From a virus (taxonomy: Duplodnaviria; Caudoviricetes), in the IMG/VR virus record IMGVR_UViG_3300021256_002372, positions 1-64,000 of that record: 64,000 bases of DNA; one strand, written 5' to 3'. Made by a program: the position numbers and the translations under genes. Below the pieces are notes generated by a model. It had not been told where the DNA came from and did no database searches. It saw only the letters and a program-made list of their open reading frames with translations. This document shows positions 9,502-19,284 of the stretch, in pieces. The first letter of the stretch is position 1, and every line of letters begins with the position of its first letter.

Positions 9502-12500
9502 ATGGGTGTTATTGTTAGTGCAATTTTTTTAAAAGTATTTGACATGGCTAAAGAATTCATCGGCGGAAAAACTGAAGATGAAATAAAAGACAAGATTGCA
9601 GCAGCAGTAAAAAGCCGTACTTTGAAAGAAAAGCTCAAAAAAATACTCGAGCGTGAGAAGCAAGCACTTGACAAGAATACAGCAGACGCTGATTTTATGT
9701 TTGAAAATTTTCAGAAATCTGTTACAGATCAAGTTCTAAATGAAAAATCTCTTGCTTTATTATTAGATACAGATTCAGAAAAGCAGGAGCGTGAAATGCG
9801 CAGAATCTGTAACCAATGTGCTCAGGATGCTGCCGCCAGAGGCGATTCTGCGAAAGAAAAAATTCAGGAAATTGTAGGCAAGTGTATTCAAGAGGTACTC
9901 GAATCAATAGATGATCCCAATAAAAGCATAAGAGATACACGAGATGCAGTGGGTGAACTTATAGAAGAAGCAACTGATAAAGTTACTAAATACGTTGCAG
10001 AATCCTCTTCTGAAATAAAGCGTCATTCCGACGAGGCAATTCGTCACATTGATGAAAGATTCAATGAACTCATTACGCTGCTGATGCAGTCCCAAATCCA
10101 ACAGACAGCACTGACATCCGATAATCAGGATTATTTAGATCTGTTTGATCATAGACTATTCCTCGAACCGGAGACTTCAAAGATTAAACTTCGGGATATG
10201 TTTATTCCTCCGCTTGTTGACAAAGGCGAACAAAAAGCAGAAGATTGCATTGCTGATTGGTGTGAACAGGGAACAACACCGTGTATGATTTTGTATGGTG
10301 ATGCTGGCATCGGTAAATCAAGTCTGGTTGCAAAAATTATTTCAAAGGCTTGTGAAGTTAGTGATACTATTGAACATCCAAATGACGCTCCCGTTCTTGC
10401 GGTCGCTCTTAGGGATCACTGTGAATTATTCAGCAATTTGCAAGATGGTTATTCAGCAAAGTATTTACTTTTAAAACTATTCGGAACAGAGTGTATTTCA
10501 GATCTTCAAAACAAATTACTGATACTTGATGGCTTTGATGAGCTCACTGTATTAAGTTCTGGTTTTGATGAAAAAAAAGCAGAGAAATTCATTAACAGTC
10601 TTACGCGCTCATGTAAAACAAATATGCGTATACTGATTACATCCCGGGAAGGGTATTTTAATAGTAAAAACTTGACAACCATTGTTCAGAAAACACTTTG
10701 TTGGGAAGCAGAGCAGGTTGCGGATTGGTGCTTATTATATGGCCGAAAGAATTCGGAATATGAAGAATGGTGCCGTGATTTCCCGGAACAATATCGAAAA
10801 TTGCCAAAAGAAGATGATAACGATAAACGTTATGAAATCCTATGTATCCCTTTTATTCTATATCTTTGTTGCAACAGTAAAATTGATCTTAACAAGAATA
10901 AGACCGTCTGCAAAATATATGATCAATCATTTAGAAAAATACTTCTTCGTGCGCACAGCAACGAATTGACAGGAAATGATCGTTTTCTGACTTCTCAATC
11001 TGATCAGCAACGCAGACTGGTTCACTGGCAATATACAAAAGAAATTGCGTATCAGATGTTTTTGAATGACACGTTGACACTTTCTGATGCTTGTGAACAT
11101 AATGATAAAAGATATATTGGATTTAAAAATGCAAAAGAACGAACCATAATTGTTCTAAAAGAAAACTATGGAATAATAATCGACGAAACTGATTTACATC
11201 CTCAGCAATACCTTTCTGTATTCAGATTTGCTAAGAACAGCGGAAAAGAAGGCAAAGCCGGTATCACTTTTGTTCATAAGACAGTATATGAATACTTTAC
11301 AGCGTTAAAGCTATACGAAGACTATTTTGCCAAATTTAATTCAGTATATTTCGAAAATAACAAAACAGAAAATGGCGATTATGCGCCCAAGGCGATTCAG
11401 GAAGTGATGAATAGCTTTATTAAAGCTTTTCGATATAAACCAATCCTTAAAGAAGATAATATATTTGATTATTTATGTGGATTTGTTGATCCGCCATTTG
11501 AAGGAGAAGAAAGTGACCCCGACGATGCAAAGTGTTTTGACTTTGATCAATTTTCAAAAGCATTTTCAATGGGTACGGTTCAGCACTACTTATCCGATTG
11601 TGTTGTTCCATCACAAATAAAGGAATATAAAGTGCCAAGATATAAAGAAATTCCAATATCAGCACAACTGAATCTTGCTTTTTGCAATTTTACATGGTTT
11701 CTGACCGGACGCGGTTATTCTAATAGCGATAAAAACAGCATGGGCATAGGTGATTTAGTTAGTTCGCGTTATCAAAGAGTGAATATGCAAAATTGGATGT
11801 TACCTGACGCTTTTTGGGGAAATGTTGATTTGAGAGGTGCTAATTTGACAGGTGCTAATCTCGAAGATGCACATTTAAGTAGTACTTGTTTAGCAAATGC
11901 TCATCTGGATCATGCTATAATGAAAGATGCAAGATTACAAGGAGCTAATCTTACAGGTTCCACAATGAATGATGTTCAACTGTAATATGCAAACTTAAGT
12001 AACGCAATTCTAAGAAGAGCTATCATGCAAAATGCACAACTAGAACATGCTGACCTAGGTGGAGCGGATTTGGATGGTGCTTATATGCAACATGCGAATT
12101 TAGAACATGCGCTACTAGAGGCAGCCCGTTTACAAGGCGCATACTTAGCAAATGTGAACCTCACAGTTGCTGATTTATATAATGCTCATTTAGAAATTGC
12201 AAATTTGGAAAGTGCTTGTTTAGACGGTGCTCATATAGAATCTGCTCACTGTGCAGGAGCCTGTTTGAAAAAAGCTTCTTTAAAAAGAACTGAGCTAGTC
12301 AATTGTGATTTAAAATGTGCTGATTTTCAGGAAGCTATTTTAGATGATGCTAACTTAGAAGTATCTCATTTGGAAAAATCCAACTTAAAACGTGCTAGAT
12401 TAAGAGGTGCTAATCTGAAAGGCACTAATATGGAAGGCGCCCACTTGGAAGGTGCTCATCTGGAAAGCGCTCATCTGGAATACGCTCATCTGAAAGGCGC

Positions 12501-12735
12501 TTATCTGGAAGGTGCTAATCTGAAAGACGCTCATTTGGAAGGTGCTCATCTAGAAAATGCTCATCTAGAAAATGCTCATCTAGAAAATGCTCATCTGGAA
12601 GGTGCTCATCTAGAAAATGCTCATCTGGAAGGTGCTCATCTAGAAAATGCTCATCTGGAAGGTGCTCATCTGGAAGGTGCCCATCTGGAAGGCGCCAATT
12701 TGGAGGGCGCTTACTATAGTCCATCTAATACTTAA
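9502..12735 (+). pseudogene. NACHT (STAND NTPase) + pentapeptide-repeat protein with an in-frame TAA at 11983-11985 (ORFs 9502..11985 and 12025..12735 share one frame)
   Basis: GDAGIGKS, LILDGFDE, ILITSR motifs; pentapeptide register continues across the stop (VQL*YANLSNAIL). Confidence 0.8.
12430..12712 (+). repeat. 15-bp tandem coding repeats (GAHLE/NAHLE pentapeptides)
   Basis: Repeated gaa(a/g)(a/g)tgctcatct(a/g) units. Confidence 0.85.
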
Positions 12736-12898
12736 TTCCCTAATGGCTTCAATTGTGAGGAACATGAAATGATCCCATGTGAAGATTAATTCCATAGATT
12801 TATGAGAAAAGTAATTAAGAACTTGACTGCATCAAGATAATCTGGTAGAATTGCGATATAGGCAAACATTCTTTTCTCCTGCAATCATAACACCGTGG

Positions 12899-12931
12899 AA
12901 TCGCCCTGTGAACAATATCACAGGGCGATTT
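12899..12931. terminator. Hairpin terminator
   Basis: aatcgccctgtga/tcacagggcgatt. Confidence 0.65.
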
Positions 12932-12944
12932 CGTATACCAAAAT

Positions 12945-13229
12945 AAATTGGGCTCCAATGGAGCCCAATTTCCGGAAGTGATTTCTGCCGTGCCAAAAGC
13001 AGGATTTCAGCAGGCTGTGGTGTCCGTAAATAATTGGGCTCCAATGGAGCCCAATTTCCGGAAGTGGTTTCTGCCGTGCCAAAAACAGGATTTCAGCAGG
13101 CTGCGGTGTCCGTAAATAATTGGGCTCCAATGGAGCCCAATTTCCGGAAGCAGTTTCTGCCGTGCCAAAAAGCAGGATTCCAACGGGCTGCGGCGTGCAA
13201 AAAGAATTGGGCTCCAATGGAGCCCGATT
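12945..13229. repeat. Array of 86-87-bp tandem units, each starting with the 25-bp palindrome AATTGGGCTCCA-A-TGGAGCCCAATT (candidate parS cluster)
   Basis: Palindromes start at 12946, 13032, 13118, 13205; fifth copy at 15177. Confidence 0.85.
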
Positions 13230-13515
13230 CCAGCCAGCATCTCAGAGTGCCGTTTCATGCGGTTTCGCGGCAGTATTGTCCTCCTGCGGAAAGCAGATCA
13301 GAAAATAGTCACATTCATCGCAGCAGCACTCAATGTCCGCGTGCGTTCCGTTTCCTGGACAGTCTGATCCGTTCAGCGACGGCACAAGCGGAATGAGGTC
13401 GTGATTCTCACAGTCCTGAACAGTCTTATCCACGGCTCCATCCCTTCATCTGTTCGCCCGGTTCGGTTGCATCCTCCGGATCCACGATCTGAATAAACTC
13501 ATCAAAGTGATAGAG
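13204..13515. repeat. 312-bp direct repeat, copy 1 (copy 2 at 15176..15487)
   Basis: About 14 mismatches by manual comparison; includes the Cys-rich small ORF. Confidence 0.9.
13242..13433 (-). CDS. Small Cys-rich protein, duplicate of 15214..15405
   Basis: CPGNG..ECCCDECDYFLICF; lies within the direct repeat. Confidence 0.5.
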   Translation of the reverse strand: MDKTVQDCENHDLIPLVPSLNGSDCPGNGTHADIECCCDECDYFLICFPQEDNTAAKPHETAL

Positions 13516-13928
13516 AATCTTGCTTGGGGGCATGAAAAACTTATCTCCGGAAATTCGGACTCATTGGTTCCGATTATAGTCTGTTCACAAAGTCCTTATG
13601 CGAGCGCAGCAAAGGGGGATATTAATGAGATTATTGAATATTAGCAAGATTCACAAATATTAATTGAAAATGTAATGCTGTTATGTGTAAGCGTATAAAT
13701 CTGAAAAATGATGTCAGATTATGCCGTTTTTCAGACGGTACTATACAGAGGGGCAGCAACACAGGCTGAACTGCTGCATTCATGTAATGCTCTATGATCA
13801 CTTTCATACAGGGTATCTGATTCATTAAATATGACCTCAAGAGTTTATCCAGCATAATTTTATTTTCCGTTTATAACAGCTATTGGCTGTTATTATATCA
13901 CATTTTATATTATTAAAGGAGTAGTACT

Positions 13929-15146
13929 ATGAAAAAACAACTTTTGAAGCGCATCACAGCACTCGGTATGGTCGCTGCACTGTCCTGCGGTATGATCGCC
14001 GTACCGGAGACCTTTTCAGGATTGAAGGACACCGTCGCTATTACGGCGAGCGCAGAGGATGACATTGCAAACGGGACGCTCGGCAACATGACATGGAGAA
14101 TCAACTCCGTCGGAACTTTATTTATTAGTCTTGAAGGTGCGTTTGATACCAGAGTGATTCCGGACTTTACGCAGGGCGGTGCGCCGTGGTACAGCTACAG
14201 AGACACGATCAAGAAGATCATTCTTCCGAGTGCTCTGCGCGGAATCGGTGATAATGCATTCTATAATTTGCAGAATTTAGCGCTGGTGCGTAACGCTAGT
14301 GGCGCATCATGTTTTCCGGTCAATCTGCGTTACATTGGCAAATATGCTTTCGGAAACTGCAAAAAGCTGAAGGGTACCACCGGAACCACGTTGAAATTTG
14401 GAGATGCAAGTGGCATGACAGGCAATCTGACGATCAAGCAGTTTGCCTTCGGAAATTGCTTCCAGATTGAGAAGATTGATATTAAGAGCAATTATTCTGT
14501 GACGGTTAATGAGCATGCATTCAGCAAAATGAATGCGCTGAAGAACGTTGATCTGGATACTCCGACGCTGACGCTGGGATATCGGACATTCTATAACTGT
14601 AATGCTTTGGAAACGGTACGCCTTGATATCAATGCGACTGTTGATGCTGACGCATTCTATGGCACGGAATACGCTGCTTATGCACAGGCTGTTTCCGACA
14701 GTAGCTCGGCGGCAGCGCAGGCAGCAAAGTTTGGTGCATTAGTTAATAAAGAGCGTGCAAACAGGGGATATGCGCCCTTGAAATATTGTTCACAGGTTGC
14801 AGCGGCAGCACAGCTTCTTACTGATGAATATTGCCCGTTGCAGACTATTCATCCTCCTGTCAATCGTCCTGATGGCAGACCGCAAGCTACAGTATTAGAG
14901 GATTGTGGATTCGATTTAAATAATACTGGTAAGAAAATTACTTTATGCTGTTATTTCCATGAATATAATGCGTTGCCGCAGCCGCAACAGTGGAGCGATA
15001 GATGGTGGATGAACGAGCGCGATTTTGAGTACTGCGGCTGTGGCTTTTCAGCCGGAACAAGTGTTGATTATTGGGCATATATTCCGATTCAGCCCGCAAC
15101 CTCATGTAATATCACGCTCAACGGCTATGTTGTTATTGCACGCTAA
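13929..15146 (+). CDS. Secreted BspA-type leucine-rich-repeat protein with C-terminal CAP/SCP-like domain
   Basis: Signal peptide ending ITASA, IGDNAF/IGKYAFGNC LRR_5 repeats, LVNKERA..APLK..RPDGR CAP-like region. Confidence 0.75.
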   Translation: MKKQLLKRITALGMVAALSCGMIAVPETFSGLKDTVAITASAEDDIANGTLGNMTWRINSVGTLFISLEGAFDTRVIPDFTQGGAPWYSYRDTIKKIILPSALRGIGDNAFYNLQNLALVRNASGASCFPVNLRYIGKYAFGNCKKLKGTTGTTLKFGDASGMTGNLTIKQFAFGNCFQIEKIDIKSNYSVTVNEHAFSKMNALKNVDLDTPTLTLGYRTFYNCNALETVRLDINATVDADAFYGTEYAAYAQAVSDSSSAAAQAAKFGALVNKERANRGYAPLKYCSQVAAAAQLLTDEYCPLQTIHPPVNRPDGRPQATVLEDCGFDLNNTGKKITLCCYFHEYNALPQPQQWSDRWWMNERDFEYCGCGFSAGTSVDYWAYIPIQPATSCNITLNGYVVIAR

Positions 15147-15175
15147 CCCCTGACACCTCATTCTGAATCAACCGT

Positions 15176-15487
15176 GAATTGGGCTCCAATGGAGCCCAAT
15201 TCCAGCCAGCATCTCAGAGTGCCATTTCATGCGGTTTCGCGGCAGTATTGTCCTCCTGCGGAAAGCAGATCAGAAAATAGTCACATTCATCGCAGCAGCA
15301 CTCAATGTCCGCGTGCGTTCCGTTTCCGGGACAGTCTGCTCCGTTCAGCGACGGAACAAGCGGAGTGCGGTCGAGATCCTCACCTTTCCGAACAGTCTTA
15401 TCCACGGCTCCATCCCTTCATCTGTTCGCTCGGTTCGGTTGCATCCTCCGGATCCACGATCTGAATAAACTCATCAAAGTGATAGAG
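15176..15487. repeat. 312-bp direct repeat, copy 2
   Basis: Matches 13204..13515. Confidence 0.9.
15214..15405 (-). CDS. Small Cys-rich hypothetical protein
   Basis: Last gene of the ssb-par operon; overlaps upstream stop; CCC-DECD motif. Confidence 0.6.
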   Translation of the reverse strand: MDKTVRKGEDLDRTPLVPSLNGADCPGNGTHADIECCCDECDYFLICFPQEDNTAAKPHEMAL

Positions 15488-15598
15488 GATCGAGATATCC
15501 TTATTAGCGTATTTCTCGCCGCCAAGCTCCACAGCCGTTGCACGGTCACAGCACCGTACATCCGTTTTTTCATCAATCCACATATTCATAATACTCAT
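15398..15598 (-). CDS. Hypothetical protein (66 aa)
   Basis: ATG 15598 overlaps the upstream TGA (ATGA coupling). Confidence 0.55.
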   Translation of the reverse strand: MSIMNMWIDEKTDVRCCDRATAVELGGEKYANKDISILYHFDEFIQIVDPEDATEPSEQMKGWSRG

Positions 15599-15939
15599 CC
15601 TTTCCACGGCAGAATCTGCATCAGCCAGTCGCTGGCTGCCGAGACTCCGCTGATTACATAGTCGATCACATTCGGCAAAATGTAAAGGATGCCCGCACAT
15701 ACGTACATTGCGATCCATACAATCCAGTTCGATGTAATCAGTTCCTTTTCGCCAATCAAAAGCATCAGCAGAAGCAGCAACGTAATGCCTGATGCCAGAA
15801 GTCCCGCCGCAGCCACTGCGATTCTTTCAATCACAAACGCTGCAAGATTCAAAATTACCGCTGCGAAACGCAGCAGCAGTCCGATCAACATAGCCGGAAG
15901 CGCGAAGATTCCGCGCATAATTACAACGAAAGTGTACAT
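15595..15939 (-). CDS. Small membrane protein of Firmicute mobile elements
   Basis: Largely hydrophobic; RBS gggaga. Confidence 0.65.
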   Translation of the reverse strand: MYTFVVIMRGIFALPAMLIGLLLRFAAVILNLAAFVIERIAVAAAGLLASGITLLLLLMLLIGEKELITSNWIVWIAMYVCAGILYILPNVIDYVISGVSAASDWLMQILPWKG

Positions 15940-15967
15940 GATCCGTTTCTCCCTTCGGGCTGCCCGC

Positions 15968-16408
15968 TTAACAGAAGCAGATCTCTTTTCTCACGATCTC
16001 CCGCGCACTCTGCTCATAGTTGCTGCGAAGCCGCATCTGCTCCAGTACGTCCCCGGCTTCACAGGCAACCAGATAATCGCGCTCCGTGTTCTGCATCTGC
16101 TCGATGATCTCCAGCATCATGTCCGTGCCGCGCTCCTGCACACTGTCCAGATACTCCTGAAACCGCTTTTCGTCGAGGAGCTGTTCCAGACGCTCCGGGC
16201 ATTCGTCCATCAGCCAGCGCAGATGCAGACTGCCGAATTCGCCCGAATGCACATACTTCTTTTCGTAGCCCATGGCTGAATCATACCCGTACCAGAGCAT
16301 TTCGCCGCTGCGCGGGTCAACCTCATACTTCCAAAGAGGAAAATTCTGTTTGAGTTCTGCATCCCAGTTCATCTTCTCAGATGTGTACTTGTTACCGTCT
16401 TTCAGCAT
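15968..16408 (-). CDS. tnpV: TnpV-family protein
   Basis: GEFGSLHLRWL...YL..VQE...M...AREIV..EI pattern. Confidence 0.7.
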   Translation of the reverse strand: MLKDGNKYTSEKMNWDAELKQNFPLWKYEVDPRSGEMLWYGYDSAMGYEKKYVHSGEFGSLHLRWLMDECPERLEQLLDEKRFQEYLDSVQERGTDMMLEIIEQMQNTERDYLVACEAGDVLEQMRLRSNYEQSAREIVRKEICFC

Positions 16409-16414
16409 CGTCGT

Positions 16415-17344
16415 TTACCTCCCAAAATACTGCTTCAACGCTTTTTCAATCGTTTCCTCGATTTCCTCCGGCTTGGCATCTTCTTTGAAATACTGTGCGA
16501 ATTTCGCTCTCGGCAGCTTGAATGTCCCGGATGTCTGCGGTTTGGTCTCCGTCAGGATCGCGAGGATCACGCTGCTGCTCAGACTGCCGTCTGCGGAAAA
16601 CTGCCTGATCCTGCAAGCCTGCGACAGCGTCGGACCCGTCTGTTCCGCGACAATACAATCCAGCAGCCACGCCTGTTCTTCCGCATTCAGATAGGACAGC
16701 TCAACCGCCGGTCTGAATCCAATCTGCCGGGTATCGACCATTTCCAGAAGCTCCGGCAGCAGATACGTCAGGCGGATATACCGCTTGATCTGCGTTGCAC
16801 TTTCATTGGATTCTGCGGCAAGCTGTGCATCAGATCTCTGTCCCATTAAATTCGGACCCATTGGGTCCGAATTTTTTTCGGACGGTCTGCCCGCCTTCCG
16901 CTTCAGCGCATCGAGGCGCATTTTGTACGCAAATGCTTTCTCGCTCGGCAGGATTTCCGAACGCTGGAAATTGCTTTCGACCATACGCAGAACCGCATCG
17001 TCATACGAAAGCTCCACGATCTCACATGGAATTTCCGTCAGACCGGCAAGCTGTGCTGCCCGCTTGCGGCGGTGTCCGCTGACCATCTCATAACGGTCGC
17101 CGGCTTTCCGCGTCACCGTTGCCGGTGTCAGGACACCGCGCTCCCGGATGCTTTCCGCGAGCTGCATCATGTCTTCGTCATCCCGGACATGGAACGGATG
17201 CTCGGGAAAATCGTCGATCAGCGCGATCTCAATGTCGATGATCCGCTTTGCGACGGCTGCTTTCCGCTGCTCCTCCCGCTCAGATGCCGATGCGAAGATA
17301 TCCGTCAGCGGCTTGCAGGCACCGCTGAGATCCAGTTTACTCAT
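16415..17344 (-). CDS. parB: ParB/Spo0J partition protein
   Basis: HPFHV, SGHRR (ParB box II), NFQR, IKRYIRL HTH. Confidence 0.92.
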   Translation of the reverse strand: MSKLDLSGACKPLTDIFASASEREEQRKAAVAKRIIDIEIALIDDFPEHPFHVRDDEDMMQLAESIRERGVLTPATVTRKAGDRYEMVSGHRRKRAAQLAGLTEIPCEIVELSYDDAVLRMVESNFQRSEILPSEKAFAYKMRLDALKRKAGRPSEKNSDPMGPNLMGQRSDAQLAAESNESATQIKRYIRLTYLLPELLEMVDTRQIGFRPAVELSYLNAEEQAWLLDCIVAEQTGPTLSQACRIRQFSADGSLSSSVILAILTETKPQTSGTFKLPRAKFAQYFKEDAKPEEIEETIEKALKQYFGR

Positions 17345-18135
17345 TCGGCTGCCTCCTTTCCGTTCAGCAGCTCGTTTGCCAGTGCCGTGTACGCTTCCGC
17401 TGCTTTGCTTCTCGGTGCGTATTTCAGCAGGCTGCTGCCGGTCGCAGGGGCTTCGGCTGCCTTCGTGCCGGTCGGGATTCGGGTATCAAATACACGGATG
17501 CTGCTGCCGTAGGCTTCGGATATCGCAGACGCGATCTGTTCGGAGAGGTTCGTACTGTTAAACATCGTGAACAGGATACCCTCGATTGCCAGATTCGGAT
17601 TGATGCGGTAACGGATGCTGCTGACCGTCTGGAAAAGCTGCTGCAAGCCCTTGATCGGCAGATACTTCGTTTCAACCGGAATCAGGATGCTGTCCGCTGC
17701 CGCCAGTGCGTTGACCGTCAGCATACCAAGCGACGGCATACAGTCGATCAGGATGAAGTCAAACTCGTCTTTCACCTGGGCGATCACGCCGGTGAGGATG
17801 TATTCCCGGCTCATCGTGTTAATCATCGTGACATCCACGGAAGCCAGCTCGATATTTGCCGGAAGGAAGTCTACGCCTTCTTCATGATGCCGGATATAAT
17901 CCCGCGTATCATACTGCTCACGGTTCATCTCGCGCAGCATCACGGTTGCCAGCGTGTCCGGCTCTGCGTCCGCATCCCCGATGCCGAGGCTGACGGACAG
18001 GCTGCCCTGCGGGTCAGCGTCGATCAGCAGCACGCGCTTGTCGGCTGCCGCCAGACCGACACCGAGATTGACTGTCGTCGTGGTTTTGCCGACGCCGCCC
18101 TTCTGGTTGCACAGGGCGATCACTTTCGCGCTCAT
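17341..18135 (-). CDS. parA: ParA/Soj ATPase
   Basis: NQKGGVGKTT, DADPQG, IDCMPSLG; start ATG 18135 after RBS aaggag. Confidence 0.95.
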   Translation of the reverse strand: MSAKVIALCNQKGGVGKTTTTVNLGVGLAAADKRVLLIDADPQGSLSVSLGIGDADAEPDTLATVMLREMNREQYDTRDYIRHHEEGVDFLPANIELASVDVTMINTMSREYILTGVIAQVKDEFDFILIDCMPSLGMLTVNALAAADSILIPVETKYLPIKGLQQLFQTVSSIRYRINPNLAIEGILFTMFNSTNLSEQIASAISEAYGSSIRVFDTRIPTGTKAAEAPATGSSLLKYAPRSKAAEAYTALANELLNGKEAAE

Positions 18136-18154
18136 TGTCTCACTCTCCTTTGAT

Positions 18155-18583
18155 TCAGAACGGTACGTCTTCGTTGGCACACATTTCCTCGAATGCTTCC
18201 AGATCCACGCCGGAACCTGAATGAACCGAAGATGCCGAAGCAGCGCCTTCCGGCTTCGGCTTGCTGCCGGTGAAGAAAATCTCCTTTGCCACGATCTCCG
18301 TCTGCGTGCGCGGCTTTTCCTCGCCTACGACGGTGTACTGCGTATTCCGCAGCGTGCCGGTCAGAAGGATCTGATCGCCCTTGTCGAAATACTTGCAGAC
18401 GAATTCCGCAGTCGAGCGCCATGCGACCACGCGGAAGAAGTCGGTCTCCTTTTCACGGTCCTTCCGGTACGGTCTGTCAACTGCCAGATTGAATGAGCAG
18501 ACCGAAAAGCCACCGTTCACTGTAAAATTCAGCTCCGGTTTTGCGGTCAGCCGCCCCATGATCGTCACCTGATTCATACTCAT
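18155..18583 (-). CDS. ssb: Single-stranded DNA-binding protein
   Basis: MNQVTIMGRLT..PEL, TDFF.VVAW, acidic EDVPF tail. Confidence 0.95.
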   Translation of the reverse strand: MSMNQVTIMGRLTAKPELNFTVNGGFSVCSFNLAVDRPYRKDREKETDFFRVVAWRSTAEFVCKYFDKGDQILLTGTLRNTQYTVVGEEKPRTQTEIVAKEIFFTGSKPKPEGAASASSVHSGSGVDLEAFEEMCANEDVPF

Positions 18584-18839
18584 TGCTGCATTCCTCGCTT
18601 TCTCCGGCTGTGCCGGTTCGTTGATTTTTGATTTGCCTTCGCAAATATTATACCACTGTTAGCGGGCTATGTCAAGTATATTTTGGGAGAGTATTTTTCA
18701 TTTTGGTGATCTGCACAAATCGGTCATCCGAATTTTGTATACCATCACAATATCTTTTCCGACCGCTTGACATTTGAAATGAAATGATTTAGAATATCTT
18801 TACAAGCTAATTTCCCTATAAATCCGGAGGCAAAATCCC

Positions 18840-19280
18840 ATGAAAAGAGAAGTAAAAACATTTACTTGTGAGCGCTGCGGGCAGTCATTTTCGTCTGTTG
18901 CCCATCACGCACGGTACTGCTTTGACTGCCGCAAGATAATCCAAAATGAGCGCGTCAGACGCGGCACACAATACAGGATCGGAGACCTGAAAACCTGCCC
19001 GACCTGCGGGAAGGAATTTGCGATCACAAGCCCTTCACAGGTCTATTGCAGCGCGGAATGCAAGCCCAAGCGGAAATCCTCGTCTGCGGAAGTCGTTGCA
19101 TCGCGCAGGAAGAATTCCGACACGATCACGTTCTATCTCCCGAAGGGCAGCAGGGCGGTCTTGCAGGAAGCCTGCGAGCGCCTCGGCATGAACCTCTCCG
19201 ATATGGTTCGTACCGCGCTGCGGGATTACCTGGAACGCGAGGCAGAAGATGTCCTGAAAAAATTAGACACGCCGGAGTGA
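18840..19280 (+). CDS. Zinc-ribbon + RHH regulator
   Basis: Four CxxC/Cx3C pairs followed by ITFYLPKG...MNLSDMVRTAL RHH. Confidence 0.7.
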   Translation: MKREVKTFTCERCGQSFSSVAHHARYCFDCRKIIQNERVRRGTQYRIGDLKTCPTCGKEFAITSPSQVYCSAECKPKRKSSSAEVVASRRKNSDTITFYLPKGSRAVLQEACERLGMNLSDMVRTALRDYLEREAEDVLKKLDTPE

Positions 19281-19284
19281 GTGA

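Noticed and set aside
11983-11985. Stop-codon recoding or programmed readthrough
   Set aside because: TAA ends many normal genes here; a single nonsense change or sequencing error is simpler.
12945-13229. CRISPR array
   Set aside because: The sequences between palindromes are near-identical ~61-bp copies, not unique spacers, and there are no cas genes in the window.
12832-13396. Repetitive ORFs over the palindrome array
   Set aside because: They are open in several frames and on both strands because of the repeats; no RBS or protein signature.
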